A stretch of 35,896 nt of DNA from IMG/VR virus record IMGVR_UViG_3300026534_000118, positions 1 to 35,896 of that record, one strand, 5' to 3'. The stretch comes from a virus. Taxonomy: Duplodnaviria; Caudoviricetes. This document shows, in pieces, positions 16,824 to 26,117 of the stretch. Positions within the stretch are counted from its first letter, which is position 1. Each line of letters starts with the position of its first letter. The position numbers and the translations under genes were made by a program. Below the pieces are notes generated by a model. That model made no database searches. It worked only from the letters and a program-made list of their open reading frames with translations, and was not told where the DNA came from.

Positions 16824-18659
16824 TCAGGCGTTGATGCAGAAGCTCTCGGCGTGGCGGACGGCGATGTCCACGTCCTGGAACACGCGCAGCACCAGGCCGC
16901 CGCTGGCCGCCTTGGCGGCGGTGTCGGGCATCACGTCGAGGATCCCCCACATGCCGATCAGCACGTCGCTCCAGTTGCCGAACACGATCCGGTTGGCGGT
17001 GATGCCGTTGCGCACCCGCACCGGATAGCCGTTTGCCTCGTTGCCTTCCACCAGGAACAGGCCGGAGCCGGCATCCTTGGGCGTGACCTTCAGCTTGCCG
17101 AGCACGGCGGAGGTGGTCAGGTAGGCCAGCGCGCCGTCCAGCGCCTCGTCGTCGGCCACGGCGGTCTCGAAGCCCACCAGCTCGTCCCAGGTGGGCGCGC
17201 CGGGCGTGTCCACGGCCTGGGTGTTCACGCCGGTCACGTTCACCACGCCCTGGGGCTGGTTGTTGGTGCCAGAACCTTCCAGGGCGGCCAGGTCGATGGC
17301 CAGGGCCGCGCCGCGCTGCAGATCGGCCAGCACCAGCGCCTCGATGCTGGGGCTGGACTGCTTGAGCAGGCGGCGGCTCATGGGCACGCTGCCGGCCACG
17401 GTCTTGGGCGAGAGGTTCACGCTGCCGAAGGCCGGATCGGAATCGGTGACGCTGTCATCGTCCGCCAGCCAGTAGAACGCGGCATTGCCGTTCTTCTTCG
17501 GGATGCTCACGTTGCCGCGCAGGCCGTCGAGCACGGTGGCGCCCAGGCTCATCACGGCGGAGCGCGGCCGCAGCGTGTCGATGAACTGATCGGCCATGTG
17601 ATCGGTGCCGATCAGATCCGTGCCGGTGGTGGTGTTGAGCACGCGCTGCTGCACCTGCAGCGGCACGAAGAAACCACGCGCATCGCGGCCCACCCGCTCC
17701 TCGATGGCGCGGGAACATTCCAGCTCGAAACCGGCCTTGCTCCAGTCGTTGTTGATGGCGGCGTTGATGGCGCGGATCAGGCTGTACTGGCGCATCTCGC
17801 GCTCGCTCATGTCAAGATCAGAAGCCGGTTCGCCGCGCACTGCGGAAACGTCCTCGCCGCTGGGCAGGCGCTCCAGAATCGCACTCTGCAGGTCCTCCGG
17901 CTGCTTGCCGGAGCGGATGTACTCCTGGGCCAGCTCCATCGCGCCGTAGCGCGCGAAACGCTCGCCCATGGCCAGCAGATCCGCCACGCGGCGCTGCTCG
18001 GCCGCGCGCACCTCGGCCTCGATGGCGCCGCGATCGACCGTGATGGCCGGTTCGTTGCGCTGTGCCTCGCCGGTTCCGTTTTCGGCGCCGGCGCCTTCTT
18101 GCTGCTGCTTGTCAGTCATCGATCTCTCCTCGATTTCGACCTCGAACACATCGCCGGACGAACGCCCGACGCCTACGGTAATGTCAGCCGGCACCGTCAC
18201 CAGGCTGATCTCCAGCGGTTCCCAGTCCACCACGCGGAAGACATCGGGCCCGTTGTCCTGCTGTTCATCGAGCACCATGCGGTGCGTCTTGTACGCCAGC
18301 GACACGTTCGCCAGCACGCCGTCCTGCACGTCCTGAAACTTCTCCTCGGCCAGCGGCGAGTTGCCGAAGCGCACCGTGGCCAGGCCGCGGCCGTTCTCGA
18401 TCCGCACGCTCTCGATCACGCCGATGTGCTTGTCAGGGTCGTGATTGAACAGCAGCGGACCGCCGCTTCTCAGCCGCTCGAGCCGTACCGACGACGGCTT
18501 GTGATCCAGCACCTCGATGCCGAAAAACCGCTCCACGTCCCGCGTCTCGGACGAAAAGCTCAGCTCGACCGTGCGGTTCTCCGTGTCGATGGCCCGTTGC
18601 GAGATCCGCATCGTGCGCATCAGCGGGCCGCGCACCTGTACCTTGCTCATCTGTGTCAC
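16824..18659 (-). CDS. Fused HK97-type prohead protease and major capsid protein
   Basis: N-terminal LLFNHD, SLAY and WEPLEISLVTVPAD protease motifs; C-terminal capsid with FGNWS and D.AVRHAESF. Confidence 0.9.
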   Translation of the reverse strand: MTQMSKVQVRGPLMRTMRISQRAIDTENRTVELSFSSETRDVERFFGIEVLDHKPSSVRLERLRSGGPLLFNHDPDKHIGVIESVRIENGRGLATVRFGNSPLAEEKFQDVQDGVLANVSLAYKTHRMVLDEQQDNGPDVFRVVDWEPLEISLVTVPADITVGVGRSSGDVFEVEIEERSMTDKQQQEGAGAENGTGEAQRNEPAITVDRGAIEAEVRAAEQRRVADLLAMGERFARYGAMELAQEYIRSGKQPEDLQSAILERLPSGEDVSAVRGEPASDLDMSEREMRQYSLIRAINAAINNDWSKAGFELECSRAIEERVGRDARGFFVPLQVQQRVLNTTTGTDLIGTDHMADQFIDTLRPRSAVMSLGATVLDGLRGNVSIPKKNGNAAFYWLADDDSVTDSDPAFGSVNLSPKTVAGSVPMSRRLLKQSSPSIEALVLADLQRGAALAIDLAALEGSGTNNQPQGVVNVTGVNTQAVDTPGAPTWDELVGFETAVADDEALDGALAYLTTSAVLGKLKVTPKDAGSGLFLVEGNEANGYPVRVRNGITANRIVFGNWSDVLIGMWGILDVMPDTAAKAASGGLVLRVFQDVDIAVRHAESFCINA

Positions 18660-20212
18660 CTCGTCATTCCGACAACCTGGCGCGCCGGTGGCGCCTGTGT
18701 CGATCCGTTCCCGCCGGAGGCGGGTTCGATGATGGGAAACGTCACGCCCTTCTCTGCGGCCATCTCCTGCCAGCGGGCGATCTGCTCAAGCACTTCCTCG
18801 TAGTCCAGCCCCATTTCCGACGCCACGCGCTGCGGACTGGTCAGCCCGGCATTGATCGCCATCACCGTGGCCTTGATGTCCTTCTCCGGGTCCACCCAGG
18901 CCCAGCGCCGGCCCTGCCAGCGGTGCTGCGTGTAGCGCTCGAGCTGCATGCCCACGCCCACCGCCGAGCCGAGCTGGCGGTTGAGCGCCGCGTTGTTCAG
19001 CCAGCGCAGGTAGATCCGCCGCAGCACGCAGGCCGCGAACGTCTCCTGCCGCACGCGCCAGCGGTCCCGCTCCTCGAGCGAACCGGCGCGCATGGAGCTG
19101 TAGTTGACCTCGGTGAGATCGCCGGTGAGGCTGTGGTAGGACACATCCAGTCCCACCGCGATGTCGCGCTCCGTGGTGCGGATGAACGGCTCGTAGTTCT
19201 CGTGCGGATACTTCGGATCCCAGCCCACGAAATCCACGCCGGGCGGCAGCTCGTCGATCTGGCCGGGCTCGAACTCCTTGAGCTCGTAGCCGTCCAGATC
19301 CACGTCGCTAGCCTGGTCTGCCGCGGCCGCCGCCAACGCACCGAGCCCGCCGTCGCTCTTCAGGAAGCCCATCTTCGATGCCCCGGCGCGCGCGGCGATC
19401 TCGGCCGCCTTGCGGTACTTGCGCGTCTGGTGGATGGTTTCGATCACGCTGGCCATGCGGCTCACGCCGCGAAGCTGCTCTGGCCGCTCCGGCTCGAAGA
19501 AATGAATCATGTCTTCCGCAGGCACCCGCACGTAGCCGTCCGGCCAGGCCAGCGTGTGGTCGTTGCTGTCGCGCAGCCAGTAGGCCACCGCCCGGCCCGC
19601 GCCGTTGAGCTCGATGCCGAGCCGGATCAGGTTGCCGTTGTTCAGGCGGTCTTCGTTCAGGCGGTGGTCGAGCCGCGCCGGATCGATGATCTCGAGCACG
19701 AACCCCCACGGATTGCTCTCGGTGGGGCGGGCATCGTGCATCCGCAGCAGTGCTTCGCCGTCACGCGCCTCGGTGCGCGCGGTCAGGCGGCACAGGCCAG
19801 GGAAGTCGAGCCTGCCTGACAGCTCGCACACGCCCATGTGGCACCACTCGTGGAACGACTTCTCCACCGCCGCATTGCCGCGGGTGTCAAGCGAGCCGTC
19901 GCGGCGCTTGCCCTGCACCTGCAGCATGAAGCCGTCCGGGCCGACCACGTGGGTTTCCACCAGGGAAAGGTAGGAGCGGGCGATGCTGGAATTGTGCTCC
20001 AGCCAGCGCGCCTTCTGGCGCACCGCCTCGAGCTGGGCGCGCAGCTCCTGGTTGATGTTGCCGCCGCCGAGCTGCCAGTCGGCGTTCAGGCGATCACGCT
20101 GCGCCGCCTCCCAGTACCGCAACATGGCGCGCCCGGCCCGGCGCGCAATGCCGGGCCGGCGGCCTTGCGGCGTCCGGGAAGCGTTTTTGCGAATGGCGTC
20201 GAACAGGCCCAT
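18656..20212 (-). CDS. Portal protein, lambda family
   Basis: R..Q.RGVS, LTGDL..VNYSS.R.G and W.WVDP.KD motifs. Confidence 0.92.
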   Translation of the reverse strand: MGLFDAIRKNASRTPQGRRPGIARRAGRAMLRYWEAAQRDRLNADWQLGGGNINQELRAQLEAVRQKARWLEHNSSIARSYLSLVETHVVGPDGFMLQVQGKRRDGSLDTRGNAAVEKSFHEWCHMGVCELSGRLDFPGLCRLTARTEARDGEALLRMHDARPTESNPWGFVLEIIDPARLDHRLNEDRLNNGNLIRLGIELNGAGRAVAYWLRDSNDHTLAWPDGYVRVPAEDMIHFFEPERPEQLRGVSRMASVIETIHQTRKYRKAAEIAARAGASKMGFLKSDGGLGALAAAAADQASDVDLDGYELKEFEPGQIDELPPGVDFVGWDPKYPHENYEPFIRTTERDIAVGLDVSYHSLTGDLTEVNYSSMRAGSLEERDRWRVRQETFAACVLRRIYLRWLNNAALNRQLGSAVGVGMQLERYTQHRWQGRRWAWVDPEKDIKATVMAINAGLTSPQRVASEMGLDYEEVLEQIARWQEMAAEKGVTFPIIEPASGGNGSTQAPPARQVVGMTR

Positions 20213-20320
20213 GCGTGGAGTATGGGCCGGTGAATTGACACATCTTGCAACAAAACGAAAATTTTTTTCGTATTGCGATGATTCCTGTTGCGAGGTTGAC
20301 TGCCTGGCGCGGCGCGGGCA

Positions 20321-21349
20321 TTACGGTTTCCCGTGCGCCTCCCCGCACAACGGGCATGACATGCCGAGCTCGCGAACGGCCATGTGCAGCCAGTCCGGCC
20401 GGGGCGGCAGCGTTTTCTTCATGCGCGCGCGCCACTTGCGGGTCACGACCGGCGTCCACGGCGTGCCGGCGCCGATGACCTCGCGGTGCAGGAACTCCCG
20501 CATTTCCGCGCGGAACTTGTAGTATTCCGGCAGGTCATGTTCGCGCAGCCTGGCCAGCTCCGCATCCACCACGGCCAGGTCATCACGCCGCAGGTCATCG
20601 ATGTTCCGCACCCGGCACAGCACCCGGATGCGGTTGGTGAGCGCCATCATCGCGCCATTGCCGTCCTCGAGCCCGGCCAGCGCGGTGCGCATGGCGCCGA
20701 GCAGCCGCTCGCGCTCCTTCGGCGTGAGGCGCTCGCTGTCTGGGTCCGCTGACGGCTCCGGATCGTCGCGGTGCAGGTATTCGCCTTCGAGCACCACCTT
20801 CTCCAGCATCTCGCCGGCGATGGCCACGCCGCGCTGCACCTGCTCCACGGTCATGTGCGCCACGTCCGCCACGCCGAGCTTGAGGTTCACGATGGCGTGC
20901 GCCTCGTCGTATCCGAGCTTGCGGCCCCGGCGCTCGGCCATCTTCACCACCCGGCGGATGGCCTTCACCAGCGGCTCGCGCTGCTCCTTGCTGGCGTAGG
21001 CCAGGGCCGGGGCGGGCTCAGGTTCAGGCCGCCCGCCGCTCACCAGCGCGTCGAAGGCGCGGATCACGGCCAGGTGGAACTTCGCGCTGATCCACATGGC
21101 GTAGGCATAGACCAGCTCCTTGCAGGCGTAGGTGCCTCCGCTGCGGCCTTCTCGGGTGGCGACGGCTTTACTGTGCATATCTGCACAGTTTTCGATTTCC
21201 TCGATCAGCGCCTTGGTCTGATCTGTGCGCAGGAAGAAGGTCGGGCGGTGCTTGTCTTCGCCACCAGCGGCGCGGTGCAGGTCGTTCAGGGAGTAGAGGC
21301 CGTCGTGGATGCGGATCTCGGTGTAGAGGACGGAAAGGGATTGGGTCAT
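20321..21349 (-). CDS. KilA-N domain antirepressor-like protein
   Basis: YSLNDLHRAAGG..KHRP..FLR, GGTYACKELVYAYAMWISAKF; start reassigned to the ATG at 21349 (GGAG RBS). Confidence 0.88.
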   Translation of the reverse strand: MTQSLSVLYTEIRIHDGLYSLNDLHRAAGGEDKHRPTFFLRTDQTKALIEEIENCADMHSKAVATREGRSGGTYACKELVYAYAMWISAKFHLAVIRAFDALVSGGRPEPEPAPALAYASKEQREPLVKAIRRVVKMAERRGRKLGYDEAHAIVNLKLGVADVAHMTVEQVQRGVAIAGEMLEKVVLEGEYLHRDDPEPSADPDSERLTPKERERLLGAMRTALAGLEDGNGAMMALTNRIRVLCRVRNIDDLRRDDLAVVDAELARLREHDLPEYYKFRAEMREFLHREVIGAGTPWTPVVTRKWRARMKKTLPPRPDWLHMAVRELGMSCPLCGEAHGKP

Positions 21350-21570
21350 GTCGGTTCTCCTTGGCTGAGATTCGAGAACCGCCACGCTTTCGCTGTCAAT
21401 CAAAAGGGTGGCGGGATGCACGGGTTGACAGACCGGGCCAAGGACCGGCGAGCCTTGCGGCTCCCCGCGCACCCCACCGTTGAGCGGGCACAAAAAACGC
21501 GCTCGAGCGGCGCGTGGTGCGCCTTGGCTTCGGGCTGTCAAACCCGGTCACCGATTTTGCGGTGACGGGG
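21350..21570 (-). ncRNA. C4/Ash-type antisense regulatory leader of the antirepressor
   Basis: Hairpin GTCACCG-ATTTTG-CGGTGAC; complementary motifs at 21535-21546 and 21421-21431; Ash-like reading (AKS..G...P...AFF.P). Confidence 0.55.
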
Positions 21571-21572
21571 AA

Positions 21573-21602
21573 AGCGTAGACCCGATGGGCGCTGAATGTC
21601 AA
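21573..21602 (-). promoter_or_regulatory. Sigma70-like promoter for the antisense leader/antirepressor
   Basis: TTGACA-N18-TACGCT on the minus strand. Confidence 0.5.
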
Positions 21603-21644
21603 ACGGCGGCTTGAATGCTGTAATCATTCGGTTACAATTAACCC

Positions 21645-21941
21645 ATGTTCCGAATCAGGCAGACACCCGAGTTCGCCGCATGGCTGGACGGCCTGAAGGA
21701 CGGCAAAACGCGAGGCCGCCTTGTTCGCCGGCTGGAACGGGCCGCTGGCGGCAACCTGGGTGACGTGAAGCCTGTTGGCGATGGCGTTTTCGAGATGCGG
21801 GAGTTCTTCGGGCCCGGATGGCGCATGTATTACACCCTGCGCGGCGAGACATTGATCGTGATGCTGGGCGGCGGTGACAAGTCCAGCCAGCGCCGGGACA
21901 TCGCCCGCGCCATCGCGCTGGCCAAAACACTGGAGGACTGA
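21645..21941 (+). CDS. Type II toxin, RelE/ParE superfamily (addiction-module killer)
   Basis: F..WL..LKD, GNLGDVKPVG.GV.EMR..FGPGWR.YY and LGGGDKSSQ.RDI motifs. Confidence 0.9.
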   Translation: MFRIRQTPEFAAWLDGLKDGKTRGRLVRRLERAAGGNLGDVKPVGDGVFEMREFFGPGWRMYYTLRGETLIVMLGGGDKSSQRRDIARAIALAKTLED

Positions 21942-21944
21942 CCC

Positions 21945-22259
21945 ATGAGCAAGAAGACTCGCGTTTCCGATTTGCCGGATTTCGACCCGGCAGAGTATCT
22001 GCGCGACCCGGAAGACATTGCCGGCTATCTCTCGGCCGTGCTGGAAGAGAACGATCCTGACGCCGTCATCGAGGCGCTCGGGACGATTGCCCGTGCGCAC
22101 GGCATGACGGAAATCGCCCGCGAATCCGGGCTGGCCCGCGAGGCGCTCTATCGTGCGCTGCGTGGCGGCGCGGCGCCGCGCTTTGACACGGTAATGCGCG
22201 TGATGCGGGCGCTTGGCGTGCACCTCGTCGCCGAACCGGACACGCGCCAGGCCTCCTGA
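21945..22259 (+). CDS. Type II antitoxin, HTH addiction-module antidote
   Basis: FDPAEYL, ALG.IARA.GMT.IA..SGL.RE.LYRAL....PRFDT motifs. Confidence 0.9.
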   Translation: MSKKTRVSDLPDFDPAEYLRDPEDIAGYLSAVLEENDPDAVIEALGTIARAHGMTEIARESGLAREALYRALRGGAAPRFDTVMRVMRALGVHLVAEPDTRQAS

Positions 22260-22261
22260 AC

Positions 22262-22555
22262 TCAGAACCACGTCTCGCGCCGCCGGGCCCTGGCGATGGT
22301 GCTGCGGCTGACGCCGCGCGTCTCGGCCAGCGTGGCGCAGCCCAGGCAGCCGAGGCCCGACCGGAGCCGCTCCACGAAGGCCGGGTCGAGCCGGCTGTCT
22401 GCCCTGGGCGCGCGCACCCGGTGCTCGCGCATCCGCCGCTGGAAGGTTTCCCGGGAAACGCCGGCCAGCTTCGCCGCCCGGGCCCGGTGCCAGCCGGCCA
22501 TGTCGAGATACATGACCAGCTCGCCGCGCCCGAGCTCGATCTTCCTGCGCGGCAT
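22262..22555 (-). CDS. Small double-HTH (Fis-like) DNA-binding protein
   Basis: RARAAKLAGVSRETF.RRM and LAETRGVSRSTI.RAR. Confidence 0.6.
   Translation of the reverse strand: MPRRKIELGRGELVMYLDMAGWHRARAAKLAGVSRETFQRRMREHRVRAPRADSRLDPAFVERLRSGLGCLGCATLAETRGVSRSTIARARRRETWF
22446..22459. repeat. Palindrome copy 5
   Basis: Perfect 14-mer inside the HTH CDS, read as V-S-R-E-T. Confidence 0.9.
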
Positions 22556-23103
22556 CAGAAGCGCACCCGCCAGCCGCGCGTGCCCTCGCCCCGCGCCAGC
22601 TTCTCGGCCCGCTCTTCGGCGTACACCTCCTGCTGATACCGGTCACGGGCGCGCATCAGGATTTCCGGGTTGATCTCGCCGCCGCGCACGCCGAACTGGT
22701 AGCGCAGCATGTCGAGCTGACCCTTGTCGGCGCGGCCCTCGAGCGCCGCCTCGATGGCGTCCAGCATGCGCCTGGCAAAGCTGCGCCCGTCCAGGCCCGC
22801 GGTGATGGCCGCCGGGTCCGGCTCGATGATCAGCCCGTGGGTGACGATGGTCTTCTTGCGCCCGTCCGGGTGCGACACATACCCGGCAATCTCGTACCGG
22901 CCCGGAGACCAGCTCGCCGTGTCCGTGGCTGCCACTGACACCACGTGGCCGTCCCCGTCGGCCACGGCCTGGATTGGGTAGCTGGCATTGGCGTTGTAAA
23001 TCACGTAGCGCAGGCTCCATCCCGCGCTGGCCGGGTAGTCCGGCAGCGTTTCCCGCCACTCGAGGCTGTCTCCAGCCACAATCTTGCTCGGCTCGCTAGT
23101 CAT
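22555..23103 (-). CDS. Head completion protein (gpW-like, extended)
   Basis: A.RML.AIEA.L.GR..... R..Y..EV..E...R V.F pattern; between terminase and portal; start at the ATG at 23103. Confidence 0.65.
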   Translation of the reverse strand: MTSEPSKIVAGDSLEWRETLPDYPASAGWSLRYVIYNANASYPIQAVADGDGHVVSVAATDTASWSPGRYEIAGYVSHPDGRKKTIVTHGLIIEPDPAAITAGLDGRSFARRMLDAIEAALEGRADKGQLDMLRYQFGVRGGEINPEILMRARDRYQQEVYAEERAEKLARGEGTRGWRVRF

Positions 23104-25093
23104 CGAATCCTCCCACGAAGCCGCCGCGCCGGGCCCGGCGCCGCGACGGCCTCCGTCTGCGTTGCTGGATGGGTTTTTCGGGCCGTGATTGTTGTTGGGG
23201 TTGCCCTGCGTCTTCGTCCGCCTGTACGGCTTCTGAGGCCGTCTCAGGCGCTGCCGTGGCGAACATGTCCTGGATGCGCGGCTGCACCCGTTCCTCAATT
23301 TTCTTCCAGTCGTGCTCGCGCAGCTTGTCCACGCGGATGGAGGGATGGCAGGCCGCGGCCAGCGCATACACCGCGCAGTCGAGAAACTCGTTGCGCTGGT
23401 GCCGTTGCTTGACCCAGCGGCTGCGCTCGGTGTCGTAGCGCTCGGCGGTGAGCTGCATGAAGAACTCGTCCGGCAGGTCGCTGGCGAAATGGAAGCGCCG
23501 CTCGTCCGGCTCCAGGCCGGCGTCGGCTACCAGCTTGGCGAAGATGGCGCCCTTGGCCGTGTCGGTGCCCACGTGCCACAGATCCACGCCGGCGCGGTAA
23601 ATCTGCCCGCGCACGTTCACGTCCTGCGGGCTGGGCCGCGACGGCAGGATAGGCCGCCCCTGGTAGCGCGAGCCCTTCATGGCCAGCACGCGCTTGTGCT
23701 TGCGCGTGCGGCAGTACTGGTAGGCCATGTGCGTGTGGTGGCCGCCTGTGTCGATGCCGGTGGCCAGAATCGGCAGCTCCACGCCGTAGCGGTTCACGAA
23801 GCGCATCTCCACCACCTCGTCGAGCTTCGCCCACTCCTCCTCCAGGCCGGGCTGCCCGGGGATTTCCCAGGCGTCGATCACCCACACCCGACCGTTTCTG
23901 CCAAAACCCAGGATCTCGATGGCCCAGCGGTCGTCCTGCGTGTCGATGCCGCAGGTCAGGAACAGGCAGCCCTCGGGGATCTCGCGCGTCCGGTAGCCGC
24001 CGCGCCGATCGGCGATCTCGCGCCAGTCCAGCTTGCCGCGCTCGTCCCGGTAGGGCCGCGCCATGATGGTGTTGGTGTAGGTCTTGATCTTCTCCGGGTC
24101 GTCCCTGGATGCCTTGCGCATCTCGGCAATCTCGGCCCAGGTGTAACCGAGGCCGATCGGCGCGTAGTAGCTCGGCAGATGAAAGCCGGGCACGTCGCTG
24201 TCCGGGTTGCGCGCCACCCACCGGCCCGCGGCCAGCATCCCGGTCTTGTGGTGTTCCTCGAGGAACGCGCCGCAGTGTGGGCAGGCGAACATCCCGTCAT
24301 CCGTCAGGCGCTCGTCTTCCAGCACGTGGTACTCGCCGCACTCCGGGCACGGCACCTCGTACTCGCGCTGGTCAGAGCGCTGCCACTCGTCCCAGATGGC
24401 CGACTCGCCCTCGATGGTCGGCGTGGAGGTCAGCAGAATCTTGCGCCGCGGAAACGTGCTGGTGCGCCGCTCGGCCAGGTCGATGGGATCGCCTTCCCCG
24501 TCCACGTCCTGCGGGTAGGCGTCGATCTCGTCCATGAACAGAAACCGCACCGGCATCGAGCGCAGGCCTGCGGCGCTGTTGGCGCCGGTGATCACCATCA
24601 CCCCGCCAGGGAACTGCTTCATGCTCGCCGTGTTGCCGCCGTCGCGGCTGCGCGCCGGCGCAATCAGCTCGCGCAGCGCGGGCGTGTGCTCGATCATCGG
24701 GTTCAGGCGCTGCTGCACCCAGCGCTTGCCCAGGTCCACGGTGGGCTGCACCACCATCATCGGCCCGGGCGTCTGGTGGATCACCGAGCCCACGAAGTTG
24801 TTGCCCGTCTCTGTCTTGCCGAGCTGGGTGCCGAAGATCATCACCACCCGCCGGCACGGATGCTGCGTCGAGAGCACCTGCATTGGCTCGCGCAGGTACG
24901 GCGTGCGCACCGTGCGCCAGCGGCCGGGCTCTGAACTCGCGTCACGCGGCAGAAAGCGGTGCTGGTCCGCCCATGCGTCGATGGGCACAGGGTCCGGCAC
25001 ACGCAGGCCGCGCGCGAAGGCCTCGGCGAAGACCGCCGCGCCATCGTCCATCGCGAACTCGTCGTCCACCACCGGCTGCAGTTGCGCGTTCAC
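23096..25093 (-). CDS. Terminase large subunit, lambda gpA family
   Basis: TPYLRE.M, Walker A (TQLGKT), FMDEIDAYP, STPT, CPECG and GIDTQ motifs. Confidence 0.95.
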   Translation of the reverse strand: MNAQLQPVVDDEFAMDDGAAVFAEAFARGLRVPDPVPIDAWADQHRFLPRDASSEPGRWRTVRTPYLREPMQVLSTQHPCRRVVMIFGTQLGKTETGNNFVGSVIHQTPGPMMVVQPTVDLGKRWVQQRLNPMIEHTPALRELIAPARSRDGGNTASMKQFPGGVMVITGANSAAGLRSMPVRFLFMDEIDAYPQDVDGEGDPIDLAERRTSTFPRRKILLTSTPTIEGESAIWDEWQRSDQREYEVPCPECGEYHVLEDERLTDDGMFACPHCGAFLEEHHKTGMLAAGRWVARNPDSDVPGFHLPSYYAPIGLGYTWAEIAEMRKASRDDPEKIKTYTNTIMARPYRDERGKLDWREIADRRGGYRTREIPEGCLFLTCGIDTQDDRWAIEILGFGRNGRVWVIDAWEIPGQPGLEEEWAKLDEVVEMRFVNRYGVELPILATGIDTGGHHTHMAYQYCRTRKHKRVLAMKGSRYQGRPILPSRPSPQDVNVRGQIYRAGVDLWHVGTDTAKGAIFAKLVADAGLEPDERRFHFASDLPDEFFMQLTAERYDTERSRWVKQRHQRNEFLDCAVYALAAACHPSIRVDKLREHDWKKIEERVQPRIQDMFATAAPETASEAVQADEDAGQPQQQSRPEKPIQQRRRRPSRRRARRGGFVGGFDD

Positions 25094-25584
25094 GCGAACA
25101 GCTCCTCCGCCTGTTTGGCCATGTCGTTCATCACTCCGCGCAGCTCGTCCGAAAGCAGCTCGTGCGCCTTCGCCGCGTCGCTCTCTGCGGCCAGCACGGA
25201 CGCCAGGCGATCTGCCACCGCAATCACCGCCTCCTGGGTCTGCCGCGCCAGCGTGAAGGCCGCACGCTCCACGCTCTTGCGCTCCAGAAGCTCCCCGGCC
25301 CGCTTGCGCGTCTCAAGCTCCTGCCGCGCGGCACGGGCCCGCATCTCGCGCGTCTTTGCCTCCAGGTATGCGTTGGCGTCGGCCGGCATGGCGGCCTCGC
25401 TGGTGCGGTCGCCGCCGCGCACCTCGTCCAGGAACGCATCCAGGTTTGCGTCCGAGGCGGCCACGTCCACCTTGCCGGCCTCGGTGAGCACCAGCAGGCC
25501 GCGGTGCTTGTACTCCGTGATCGTCTTGCGCGCCACGCCGCGATAGCGCGCGTACTCCGCCTGGTTCATCACCTTCGCGGTCAC
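25090..25584 (-). CDS. Terminase small subunit (Nu1-like)
   Basis: N-terminal wHTH (QAEYAR.RGV.RK.I), GELL motif; upstream of terL. Confidence 0.8.
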   Translation of the reverse strand: MTAKVMNQAEYARYRGVARKTITEYKHRGLLVLTEAGKVDVAASDANLDAFLDEVRGGDRTSEAAMPADANAYLEAKTREMRARAARQELETRKRAGELLERKSVERAAFTLARQTQEAVIAVADRLASVLAAESDAAKAHELLSDELRGVMNDMAKQAEELFA

Positions 25585-26009
25585 GATGCCTCCCGCACCT
25601 CACGCACGAACCGCACCGCGTTGCAGCCGTCCTGCACGCTCCGGCCGGTCACCCGATAGCCGCGGTACATCAGCGACTTCACGATGCGATCGTCAGGCCG
25701 CTCGTCCTCGGGCGTCACCAGCACCAGCCAGGAGTGCGAACGCGGGTCTTCCTCCTGCGCATCGCCACTGGCGGCGCGCCTGAGCTTCTCGCTGGCATGC
25801 GCCACCAGGACGAACTTCGACGGCATGTCGCGTTTCTTCGCTTGCGACGGAATCTCGATGGCCAACCCCCTGCGCACCAGCGCCCGCATCGCGCACTCGA
25901 TGTTCTCTGGCGTGAACCTCAGGCTGCGCGCCCGCTCGTGCAACTGCCTTGCCGTGACCGGCTCCCGGATCACGTGCATCGCCTCGAAAACCTGCTTCCT
26001 GACCCCCAT
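25581..26009 (-). CDS. Hypothetical protein (possible winged helix)
   Basis: Coupled to terS; no clear family. Confidence 0.5.
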   Translation of the reverse strand: MGVRKQVFEAMHVIREPVTARQLHERARSLRFTPENIECAMRALVRRGLAIEIPSQAKKRDMPSKFVLVAHASEKLRRAASGDAQEEDPRSHSWLVLVTPEDERPDDRIVKSLMYRGYRVTGRSVQDGCNAVRFVREVREAS

Positions 26010-26117
26010 GCCTGTCCTAACCCCCTGTTACACAACGAAAAACGTCACACACTGGCAAAACCGCGCGGTGTCCAGACCCCCGGGTAAAACGCCTGGGAAG
26101 GACCCGCGCCATTACCC

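Noticed and set aside
26010-26117. cos site upstream of the terminase operon
   Set aside because: The position is plausible for a gpA-type terminase, but I could not identify a convincing cosN symmetry.
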